Source: Felis catus (Eukaryota). Taken from it: DNA of 64,000 nucleotides. Position numbers and translations under genes: made by a program. Location of the stretch: NCBI RefSeq assembly GCF_018350175.1, contig NC_058383.1:10666001-10730000 (forward strand). Direction: 5' to 3'. The notes beneath the pieces are model-generated. The model did no database searches and had not been told where the DNA came from. It saw only the letters and a list, made by a program, of their open reading frames with translations. Each line of letters begins with the position of its first letter. The first letter of the stretch is position 1. Of this stretch, positions 37,246 through 49,085 are shown one piece after another.

Positions 37246-40200
37246 CTTTTTAGAGGCGACGATGCTGAAGCTCAGAGAGGTTAGGCAACTTGCCCAAGCT
37301 CACACAGCGTGTAAGTGGCAGCGTTTCAGTGCACGTCTGTCTGTCTCCAGAGCCCTTGCACGGGACGGCCCTGGGAAGCTCTGGTTTTACCCGTATCCCT
37401 CGCTGCTGTCCTCGGGCCTCTCCTCCTCCTCACCCCCTCTTCCTTCTCCCCTGCACACTGGAAGGGAGAGGGCAGATGAGCCTGGCCATCCCTGCCTGTG
37501 CCCGCTGCGTCCTCTGGACCTGAGTGTCTCTGTGCGCCAACAGGTCGGCGGGACGAAGACAGGTGTGGTGCGGTACGTGGGGGAGACAGACTTTGCCAAG
37601 GGCGAGTGGTGTGGTGTGGAGCTGGACGAGCCCCTCGGGAAGAACGATGGGGCGGTGGCGGGCACCAGGTATGGCGGGCTTCCCCTGGGGGAGTCTGGGA
37701 GGGGGCTGCTCTTCCGGGGGGTTCGGTGCAAGGGCTGGGGCATCGGAGGAGGTCAGCATTGAGGGTAGCTGGGTAGCTGTGCCACTCACCACGGTATAGA
37801 TGCTGCCAGCTTCTTTCTGCCTGAGACAGGCGCTGTGAAAAGCACCCCCATTTTACAGGTGAGAGAACAGAGGCCAGAGAGGTCATTGCTCAAGGTCGCA
37901 CAGAGTCATGGGCAAGTGCTAAGTGGGTCATTGGTTCTGTGTTCCCTCTTCCGTGCCACACGTGGGGTAGGAGCCCTAGAAAAGAGGAGGCGGTTCCTGC
38001 CTTCCGGGAGTTCCCCTGGGTGATACAGGAAATAATCCGATACTGGCCCGTGTCCAGCAGCTATGAGTAGGGTCACCACTGGGTTCCAGGTCCCTTGCTG
38101 TCCCTGATTAGAGCTGACTGCCTGTTCTGCTGGGTCAAGAGGGTCTAAGGCTGGGGCTGGGGGTGTGATGTTCTGGGTGAGCAGTGTGTGGCAGGGGCGT
38201 GGGGCTAAGGCCCAGTGGCCCAAGAGCCTGTGTTGGCTGTCCCGAGGCTAGATTGTGTGGCCCAGGGGAGGCTGTGACAGCTCTGAAAAGGAGTGGCCAG
38301 GGTGATGCAGGCCAAACTGCCAGGGGAGGAACCACACTTGAACCAGGTCTTGAAGGAAAGTAGGGTTTTGTTTTTGGAATGGCTTGAGGAAGATCTGCTC
38401 TATCGGGGCGGGGGTGGGGGGGAGGACAGTCCCAGCAAAGACCTGCATACAGGAAGAGGCAGGATGGGGTGGCAGTCTCGAGGAGAGTCAGAAACTGGAC
38501 AGCACCAGCTCCCTGGTCCCATGTGGAATCTGTGCCCAGGAAGGTTCTGGGAGAAGACAATCCAGAGTTTCCGGGACAACACTTGGCCTTCCTGTTCTCA
38601 AGATGGATGTTTCCACTCACTCTTGCTCTCAGAATTCAGGGCCAGGTTGGGAGCCTCAGCCCCCACCTCCAAGGCATCTCCTTCAGGCTTTTGTTGCTCT
38701 GTGCTGGGAGTATTGTGCACAGAAGGCCAGTGGCGTTCCTTGGGGCTGGGGTAGCCCAGGGGCAGTCATGAGAGTGGGGCTGTAGATATGGCTGCAGGGG
38801 GCACTGAATGGTGTGAGGGAGCCAAACCCAGAAGACTGGGGGGTCCTGTCCTGGCTTTGCCACTTAACCAGCTGGGTGACTTCAGGCAAGTTACTTAACC
38901 TCTCTGAGCCTAAATCTCCTCATCTGTGAAATGTGGATAACAGTAGACTGGTTGGGGGATTGAAAATAGCACTCATGTAAAGGGACTGGCACAGAGTGGG
39001 TGCTCAATAATTCCCCTCCCCTCCAAAATATGCCCACTGGCTATTTATGGCTGCAGAGAATCTCAGACTGTACTCACTGTTATTCCATTTCTGGGAGTCC
39101 CATCCTTTGGTCATGGGGTGAGGGTGCTGGGACCCCCAAGGCCAAACCTCTCTGCTCAGGTAGGCTAGGGGTGGCTCCAGGCTGTGGGACCATGACGGCA
39201 GCGTGTGTCTGTCCTGCCTCCCCAGGTACTTCCAATGCCCGCCCAAGTTTGGCCTCTTCGCCCCCATCCACAAGGTAATACGCATCGGCTTCCCGTCCAC
39301 CAGCCCTGCCAAGGCCAAGAAGACCAAGCGTATGGCCATGGGTGTCTCGGCACTGACCCACAGCCCCAGCAGTTCTTCCATCAGCTCCGTCAGTTCGGTG
39401 GCCTCCTCCGTGGGGGGCCGGCCCAGCCGCAGTGGACTGGTGAGTGTGGAGCCGGGTAGGGTTAACCTGGTATGTGTGTGTGTGTGGGGGGGGGGGGTTG
39501 GGACAGAAGGAGCCAGGTGAGCCAGTGACCCCTGACTTGTTCCTGCTCTGGTTCCAAGTATTCCTCTGTGAGTTTGGTTTTTTGCTTTTTGTTTTTTGTT
39601 TTATGTTTATTTATTTATTTTTGAGAGAGAGAGAGCAGGAACACAAGTGGGGGAGGGGAAGAGAGATTGAAACAGAAAATCCTAAGCTGGCTCCAAGCTG
39701 TCAACACAGAGCCCGATGCAGGGCTCGAACTCACAAACTGTGAGATCATGACCTGAGCCAAAATCAAGAGTTAGACACTTAACCGACCGAGCCACCCAGG
39801 CGCCCCATCCCTCTGTGGGGTTTTTGAACAAAGATGAAAGCTTAGGGGTGTCTGACTGTCTCAGTAGTGTATGTAACCCTTGATCTTAGGGTCATGAGTT
39901 CAAGCCCTACATTGGGCGTAGAAAAAGAAAAAGAAAAGATGAAAGTCCATGTCTTTTAATAGAGAAGATTGATCCATTCACGTTTATTGTTATTTTTGTG
40001 TTACTGATTTATCAGTAGCCTAACCCCTTTCCTGGGAGTTAAGGAGGGTCATATGGATACAGGACAAGTGATATGGGTAGAGGGTAGGTAATACAGGTAC
40101 AGAGCAGGGAGTCGAAAGGTTGCCACAGTCACCCTGGGTGAGGGGAGAAGGTGAGGCTGCCCTACTGGACAGAGGGTCTTCTGTGCAAGCCCAGTCTAGG

Positions 40201-43200
40201 TTGGGGGTCTAGGATGTCTCCAGAGCATGCAGTCCAGGTGAGGGAGGCCACCGTGAGGCAGAGCCCAGGTGCCTTGACCGTCAGAGGCCGTGACTCTCCT
40301 GAGATTTGGGGAGCGTTCCTTGGATCTCAAACATCACGATTCCCCCCTGCGTAGATTGTCTAGGGCACTGGCAGGGAGGAGCAGGACCCTGGGAGTTGAG
40401 GGGCTCCAGCTGTCGTCTGGATGGTACTCCAGATCCCTGAGTCCTGCCTGCACCCACGCCTTCCTGCAGCTCACGGAGACCTCTTCGCGTTATGCCCGCA
40501 AGATATCGGGCACAACTGCCTTGCAAGAGGCGCTGAAGGAGAAGCAGCAGCACATCGAGCAGCTGCTGGCTGAGCGAGACCTGGAGCGGGCCGAGGTGGC
40601 CAAGGCCACGAGCCACATCTGTGAAGTGGAGAAGGAGATCGCCCTGCTCAAGGCCCAGCATGAGCAGGTAGCTGGGCTGGCGGGGCGGTGGGGGCACCCA
40701 GAGGGCGCCAGCAGCCTCCCCGGGCCAGTTCTGGGAATCACCCTCATGCAGAGAGAACCAGGGGTGTGCAGAGGATACGAAGACCCCTCCTCCTCCTGAT
40801 GGATCCGGAACCTGGGTGTATCGTGCTCTTTCTGACTTGCTATAGCGGGAGCGTTTTCTGGGTCACGGAAAATTCTTCCCCGTTTGAACGGCTGTGTTCC
40901 CATCCATCATGGGCCGTGTCCTTACCGACGCAGCCCGTGCCCTGTAGTTGTTCAGGTTATTTCCAATTACTCACTTTGTCTGAATATACTCGTCTACACG
41001 TTTTTTGTCTACAACCGTCCACGTTCCAGATCGTGCCCTCAAGTAGCTCCTTGTGCTGGATTTCGGGGAGGCGAGCCCTCACCCGTAACCTTGAGTCTCC
41101 TGCTGTCCAGTGTTTCCTCTTCCCTGATGTAGATGTTTGTCTCCTGCGTGAGAGCCCCGTCCCCGTTCGGAGCCTGGCTCACCCCACCCTCAAGTGCTGG
41201 AATCATTAAGGCCAGGCTGTCACAGAGGCCTTTAGCAGACAGCGGAGTCTTAGACCCTTAGGTGTTGAGGGACATGGAGGGGATTGGGGACCGGTGGGCC
41301 AGAGGCTGACCTCTGCCATGCCCGGCACTCAGCCGGGCCCTCCTCCCTCGCAGCTTGGCCCACGGTCTGTGCCTGGCCAGCTGGCAGGGGCATGGTGGTG
41401 GCGGGAGTGGCCTCTGCCACCTGGAGCCTGGTTCCGGGAGGAGGCTGACCCCGTCCCGGCCCTTGCTCGGGGCCCAGTATGTTGCAGAAGCAGAGGAGAA
41501 GCTGCAGCGGGCCCGGCTGCTCGTGGAGAGTGTGCGGAAGGAGAAGGCAGACCTGTCCAACCAGCTGGAGGAGGAGAGAAGGTGTGTGCCACCCCTGCCC
41601 TGGTCCCGGGGAGCACTTCTCTGGGCCTTGTTAGCGATGGCCAGGCGGAGCCCGGGCTCAGGACCTCCGCCACACCCTGGTGGCGTGAGCCCCGCGGGCC
41701 TGCCCCTCATCTGCAAAGTGGGGTGATGATCCCCACCTCTGCAGGCTGGAGGGAAGCGCCCTGCCTGGGAGTCACCACGTCCGTCCGCTGCTCTCCATCC
41801 AGACTGGGGGGGGGGTGGTTCGCTGAACTAGGGGTTCTCCCATGCCCCAGACCGGTTCACATCATGGAGCACCCCTCTGGGCCGTGTGCTGTGTGTTCAG
41901 CTCCCAGCTCGTCTGCGTCTGGAGACTGAGGCTCAGAGAAGCACCATGTTTCGAGGTGTCAGCCCCCTGCTGAGCGCTTTCCCTGGTCCCAGGTCTCTCT
42001 CAATCCTACCACGAGCCCAGGAGGCAGGTATTGCCCCCGTGTCACAGATGAAAACACTGAGGCTCAGAGCAGGCGAGGGATTCGCCTGAGGCCACCGGCC
42101 TGCTGGTGATGATGCGGTTCTTCCCCCCCTGCCTCGGTGACGAGCCTGGACTGTGGTTCCCTCGGTGTAGGGCCTCTGGCCTGACTTGATCCTGGGTCAC
42201 CCGATGGTACAGAGCTGACGGGGGACAGGGCTTCTCTCGGCCCGGGGCTCCTGTCTCCTGGCTGATATTCAGAGTTCTGTGGCTCCCTCCGCTCCCCCAC
42301 GCCTCAGGCAGCCCCCACCCTCAGCCCCCGCCTTGGGTCTGGGTTTGGGCTTTCAGCCGAGGCCTATGAGCCACAGGCTGTTGTTACGGTCTGACTTGGA
42401 GAGAGAAGAGTTTATTTATATCTGCCTGAGACTGTTCTCGGGGCCCACACATCTGGTTCCCATGGCGACACGCCTGATGCTGACAAATAAAAACTTGAAG
42501 ACGCCCCGGGGGTTGTGTTCAGGGCCCTATACCTGCTGGGTGACCTTGGGCAGGTCTCTTGCCCTTTCTGGGCCCCATCTCCTCACCCGTATGCCAGGAG
42601 CTGTCAGGAGGCCCCGGGAAGAGCAGCTTTGTGAGCTGTTGCCGTGTCTGTGTCTCCCCTGTGCTGTCTTGGCGTGTGGGTGGGTGAATGTGTCTCCCGG
42701 AGGGTCCCTGCCAATGCCCGCAGCGGGGCAGTGGGGGCCCTCATCACGGAGCAGCCCTGGCCGATTTTGAGGGGAGGGGATGAGATTGAGGTCGGCACGG
42801 GAAGAACCCCACCCCCCCTTCCCTCTGTCCCCACAGACTGGTCTGTTCGGTAGGCAGTGAGGTTCCCAGCACCACTGTGCTTCCATTTACAGCCTGTTCT
42901 GCCGCCCGGTCCCACCGCCACCCTAGGGAGGAAGGACGTTGGCTTCCACACCCCCATTTTAGAGAGGCCGGCGGCCTCTGAGTAGAGCACACGGTGGGAA
43001 TTTGGGAGGCCCGGAGCTTTCCAGGAGGCTCTGCCCCCATCAGCCATGACCCTGGGACAGTGCCTTCTGCGGGGTCTGAGCACCTGGTGGCCTCGCCCAT
43101 CTCTGCCGTCACTGGGCGAAGCCCACCGCTCTGGGCGACGCGCGCTCAGCCCCGTCTCCCCCTGCAGGAAGGTGGAGGATCTGCAGTTCCGAGTGGAGGA

Positions 43201-46200
43201 GGAATCCATCACCAAGGGAGACCTGGAGGTAATGGCCAGAGGACCGCCCCTCCCCGCCTCGCTCCGCAACCCCGGCTCAGCCCTCGCAGGGCAGATGGTC
43301 CTGAGGTCCAGGCAGCAACTCTGGCCCCTTGGGAGGGGGCTGGGGGCATGTGGGGAGAGAAACCCAGGAGGGTCCCCTGGGAGAATGGGGAGGGGGCAGG
43401 TCACAAGAGACTTGGGTGTCAGAGGCGGGATGGCTCAGCTCCAGGAGCCCCAGAGGGGCCGTGGTTCCTTTTGTTTTGCACCTGGGCGGGATGAACCGAG
43501 TATCCCCAGGATGAGGCCTGGGGACATAGTGGCTGGACTCCCCTGTCCCTTCTTTGTTGGACAATAGCCCTAAAAAGTATCCCTTGGGTTCTTGGATTCC
43601 AGGTGAAACTTTGGCTGGGGGTAGCTTGCTGTTGAGTCACAGAACTTGTAGATGGCCAGACAGCCTCAGAAAGTCAAAGGTTGTCACCCAGGCACGGGCA
43701 AGGCAGCAGCCCCTGGGACCAGGACCCAGGACTCCTGGTTCCTGAGCTCAGCCCATAAGGATGACCAGTGATGGCACCTCAGTTACAACTGCTGGACGGG
43801 TGGTCTGGGCAAAGGTGAACCTTCCGCCCTCCATTCCACACCCTCCTGAGCTGAGGGACGGGGGATGCTCCCATCAGTCAGTAAACATCCCCCGCCGCCC
43901 CAGCTCTCTTCACCACACTGTGCGGAGACCTCGGGGCTCACGAGGCCACGGTTGGGCAGGCAGGAATGGCTCGCTGCTGTGGTCCTCCCTGCTCCCTGGG
44001 AGGCGACAAGGGACGAGGACTCCTGGAGCTGTCGGATGGGGCAGGGGACAGTGATTCAGTCCTCCCCACGCTGGCCGGGCCCTAACTGACCTTGGACAGC
44101 CTCTTCCCTTCCTGGGCCTCAGTTTGCTCATCGGGAGGGACATGTGTGATCTGTATAGGGTCACTGCCAGCTGCCCCTCTGGGAGCAGATTTTGTTGCTC
44201 CCAGAGCCATTTTTAAAGGATGATGAGCCTTTTTAAAGGATGGATGTCGGGGTGCAGCCCCGATGTAGGAGCCCCAGCCTGGCGTTAGGACGATCTGTTG
44301 TACGTCTCCCTCTTAGCCAAGGGGACCGGTCACATGGTTGCGTCTGGCTGGCTTTCCTGCTGGGCGGCTGCCCTCTTGCAGGAAGGAGTTGGGGTGGGCT
44401 TCTGGCAAAAGTGCCCGTGGTTGCAAGGGACAGAGACCCCTGCTCGCTTCGAAGGCTACAGGGAAGTGTCACCAGCAGTTCAAGGACGCAAAGCAAGAAA
44501 TAGCCTCAGGAGCCAAGCCAAGCCCTTTCCTTCTCTGCTCAGGGACTTCCCTCTTCTCTTGCTTGACTTGTGCTCAGGCTGCACGTTTGTGTGTGTCTGT
44601 CTCTCTCAGTGTGTGACTCCTGGCCACCCCCCCTTCAGCCGATCCTACAGCTCCAAGTGGGGGACACAGGGAGGGACAGTAATAGACGGCAACAGTCAGT
44701 CAAAGGGGCACTGGAGTCGCCTTGCTTCTGCTTTTGTTATGATCTTATTCGTGACGACCATAACACAAATGGTCCCAACGTTCCACTCATCCCCACCCAT
44801 CTTAAGAGTCAAAAATAAAACCCAGAACATTCCTGCGAACTCCTGGTCTCCCTCCAGCTGTCACCCCCTCTCTCTGCTTGTCCCCCTCCGGGCCTCACTC
44901 CCCAGTTCCAGCCTCTTAGCCTCCTTCCTGATCTAAATGTTGGCCTGTCCAAGGGCCCATTCGCCCCTCGGTCTGCGCTGCCCCTGAGACCCTCCAGTCC
45001 GTGTCAGTCTGTGTTCTCTGTGAGCCCGTGATGCCTCCGGTCTCCCCCTGAACTCCACACCGGCGTGCCTACTGGCCATCTCCGCCAGGAGCAGGGGGCG
45101 ACCGCCACCTGCAGCATTTTCCTGGGGCGGCTGTAACAAATGACCACAACTCGGTGGCTGAAAACAACGCAGACTTACTCTCTCACTGTTCTGGAAGCCA
45201 GCAGTCTGAAATCAAGGGATTGGCAGGCTTGGCTTCCCTCGGAGGCTCTGAGGGAGAATCTGTTACGTGCCTTGCTCCCAGCTCGGGTAGGGTCACTGGC
45301 AGCCCTCGACGTTCCTCGCCTTGTGACCGTGTCACTGTCTCTGTCGCCGCATGGCCCTCGTCCCTTGCGTGTTCCCGTGTCTCTGGCTTGGCCCTTCTTA
45401 TAAGGACACCAGTCCCTGGGTTTGAGGCCACCTTAGATCCAGGATCACTTCTTCACTAACCACATGCGGGAAGACCTTCCAAACAGAGTCCCATTCTGAG
45501 GTTCCGGGTGAATGTGAGATGTGGGGGGACGACGTTCAAGCCAGTAGAGCGTCCCAAACGTGCCGTGTGTTCCTGCCCCCCACGCCCTCCAATACCCAGC
45601 TCAGCAGTTGGGCCCACGGCTGATTCATCTTGAATCTTCTCTTTCCCTCATCTCTCTGTCAAAAAGTCCTCTTGACCTTGACCTTGCTTCGGAAATTATC
45701 TTCTCCCCCGCGGCCACCTACCCGGGCCAGGCCACAGTACCTCGCCTCGGACAACTGCACCAACCCCGACTTGACACTTAACGTCTCCTCCCGTGTTCTT
45801 CCACTGCCCATTCTTCACGCTGAAGCCAGACACCCTAGCTTGTTAAATTTTTTTTAATGTTCATTTATTTGTTTTGAGAGAGAGCATGAGCGGGGAGGGG
45901 CAGAGAGAGAGAGAGAGGGAGAGAGAGAGAACCCCAAGCAGGCTCCGTGCTGTCGGCACAGAGCCCGATGTGGGGCTCGAACTCACGGACCGTGAGATCA
46001 TGACCTGAGCCGAAATCAAGAGTCTGACGCTCAACCAGCTGAGCCGCCCAGGTGCCGCCACAGCCTTTCGATTTTTAACGGTGGGAAAGTTTGAACCTAC
46101 ATAAGTAGGTTCATTCGCCCGTCAGCGGGCTTCAGTGATTATCAACTCACGGCCAGTCTTACCCTAGCTACCCCCACCCCCAGCCCTCTCTCGTGTTATT

Positions 46201-49028
46201 TTTAAAGCAGACCACAGACATCTGTCCGAATCTCTTGAAAAGGTAGACCAGACCCTGCCCCTTCCCTGCTCACCCGTCCGGATCCACGGCCTCAGATAAG
46301 CCGAGGCTCTTTCAGGGTGGCCCAGAGAAGACGCTTGGACCCAGGCCTTGTGCACCTGTGCTCCAGGCACCGAGCTGCTCTGACGCCCCCAGCTCTGCCT
46401 CTGAGCTTCTCCGTGCGCTGGTTCCTGCTTCTCCTTCAGGCCTCGCCTCTAATTGTATCTCAGAGAGGCCACCTCTGCCTCTCTGCTCTTCCCTCCGTCC
46501 CCTGTGCCCCCTGCCCGGTGCCTTGTCCCTGGGTCCGACCACAACCCGGAGCCTCGTCAGTAGTGCTGCATTGTTTGCGTCTTTCCCCGCGATGGGTGCC
46601 CTGTAGGGGCCGGGACCCTTTCTGTCTCGCTCACCCTTATGTCCCCGCTGCCAGAACAGGTCAGGAGTGCGGGCAAGTGCTTCTCCCAGGGTGGCGACCC
46701 CAGGCCACGGGCTGTGGACGTGTCTTATGGTTCTGGAACAGATCTTTGCCACCTTGCATCAGGGAACTGTGCGTACCGCTCCCTGCTGCCTCCTGAGTGG
46801 GGACGTCGGGTAGCCGCCTTAGACGTGACCTTCTTGGGGCTTGGTGGTGGTGGTTTAATCATCCAGGGCTTTCGTGTTATGATTTTGCTAGTTACTTTTC
46901 ACTTGCATGGGAAGCGCACGGTAACACTAAGGGCCGGGCTTAGGAACTCAGAACCTCTTTGTTGATTTGTGCTGTGTGAGACCTCAGAGAAGGTCACGAG
47001 CGGTGATGCGTGCCTTTGACCTTCGGGAGCCCCCAGGGCAGGTGGGGAATCTGCTCCCCCCATTAAAGAGCATTTCCAGCCCTCAGTTACCCGAGGGGTA
47101 CCCCAAGGCGGTGGCTCTGTGCCTCACAAAGGTGCGGACACAGGGTCTGCGAGGGGAAGACGAGCTACCAGTACAGGGCGTAGGTAAGGCTTGGCTGAGC
47201 TCCCGGATTTGAGTTGCGGCAGGAAGTGGGGGTCCCCGACCTCAAGACCCTCCTTCGATGGCCCGTGTTGCTGCTAGAAATCTGTGTCTCCCCTCCATGG
47301 AGTGAGGCCGGCTCAGGGGAAAAGACACCAGTCCTGACATCTGGGGCGTCTGAGTTGTGGGCCTGCCAGAGTTGTGTGATTCTGCACCCGAGGCTCTGAC
47401 TCTGGAGTCGCCGCTCCCTCCTGTGACACGGGGAGACAGCTGAGACGCCCCTTATGCGGGGGTTGGGTTCTAAAGTTAGCGCACCAGACAAAAGTCGCAG
47501 CCACCCCTGCACGGCCTCGCGCAGCTTGACCGTAGCTTTACGACCATCGACTCCAGGGGACCCGCGAGTGACAAGCAGGAACGGGGTGGCCTCGCTCCTC
47601 CCACCCTGCCCGGTGTCCCCAGAGCAGATGGAAGACCAGGTCCTTCACCCCACCTAAAATCTAGCCTCTAAGGCTATTTTCCGCCCTCCGGGGTCCGGGG
47701 GTTGCGTTTATCTTAAACAAGCATCTGAAGCAGTTACACTGGACCCCCCTGTGCCTCCATGGAGACCCCAACCCGCAGACCAGGAGTCTAGAAGTTGGGA
47801 AAGTGGTTGATGGGGCTGGGTGGGGGGGTGTGGGGAGTCCTGTTGGGAGCACCAAGTAAAGCTGCCTTGAAATGTGGAGCTGCGGGCTCTTTCTTGCCCG
47901 CGGAGCCACCAGGCATGCGCCACCTAGTGTCGGTCCCGGGCAGAGTGGCGGTGCCCAGCCTCTGTGGGAGAGGAGGGTGGGCGCGAGGCCCCGGAGACAC
48001 CATGGTCAGCCTGTAATTTTCTGGAAGAGACGGAGCATGGCTGCTCGTTAGCGCTGTGGCCTGCCGCCCTCTTTGAGAGAGAGAGAGAGAGAGAGAGAGT
48101 AGAGTACTTTTTCACTTGTTCCTTTAGGAAAACTGGCAGACATAAGATCACAGGCCAGAGGACGTTAACATCTCTCTAGCTCTGTATGAATGGCAAGCGT
48201 GTTTCTCAGATGGGTTTACACTGTCCCCGTCACCCTTGCCAGAGACGGGCATGTGTGTGGCCAAGTCCCGCCTCGTCGGAATGGCCACACAGATTGGCCT
48301 TAAACTGCTTCTCCTGGATGGGGGAGGCTGAGGAGGACTCTCTGGCTTCTCCCCACCATGAACTTGGGTCTCCAGATTGCCCCGGGGGCCCTGGAGCCGG
48401 CACCCTTGGCCCCTGCCACCCTCGCAGGTCTGTTAGAGGAAACCCAAATGCCAGGCTGGATGCCCTGAGAACGTCGGGCTTTGTTGGCCTGTGAAGCTAG
48501 GGCAAAAGCATTCTGGTGCTTTTGGGAGACCGGGCCTCCTCCGCGGGGCCCCCGGGGGTGGGCGCTGACCCTCCGGGCTCTGGGCAGGGCAGCGGGAAGC
48601 AGGGCCTTGCAAGGGGGGGGGGTAGAGAGACTTTTTTAAAACCTTCCCATTGGATTGGTTCTTATACTTTCAACTCAGGCCCCCGGGGCCAGGAGTCCTG
48701 GGTTCATTTGCTGACACATCCATCCTGAGGGCCTCCTGTGTGCAGGATCCTGTGCCTAAAATGAGCAGTAGCCCGATGGGGAGCGCGAGGAGGCTGGGGC
48801 CCCTCCCCAGAGCCACCAGGGGAAGGACTGACCACCTGGGGAGCATGGCAGGAACCGCGGGGCCCTCTTGCCACCCTCTCCAGGGGCGGGGTGGCTGGGG
48901 CGGGGTTGCGGCAGCCCCTCCTCTGCCATTAAACCCACCCAGCCCGGTCCCCTCCCCAGGCCTCCTCTGTCCCGGAGCCACCCTCTCTCCTTGACCCGCT
49001 CTCCTGTCTTGTTCACGGAAGATGACGC

Positions 49029-49085
<57 letters not shown>

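Noticed and set aside
44209..44246. Short direct repeat ttttaaaggatg x2
   Set aside because: Simple local duplication with no supporting structure.
43229..49021. Search for an equivalent of the CLIP1 11-aa microexon in intron 8
   Set aside because: No convincing 33-nt AG...GT unit found; the good acceptor at 48127 (ttgttcctttAG) meets TAA after five codons and has no clear donor or poly(A) signal.
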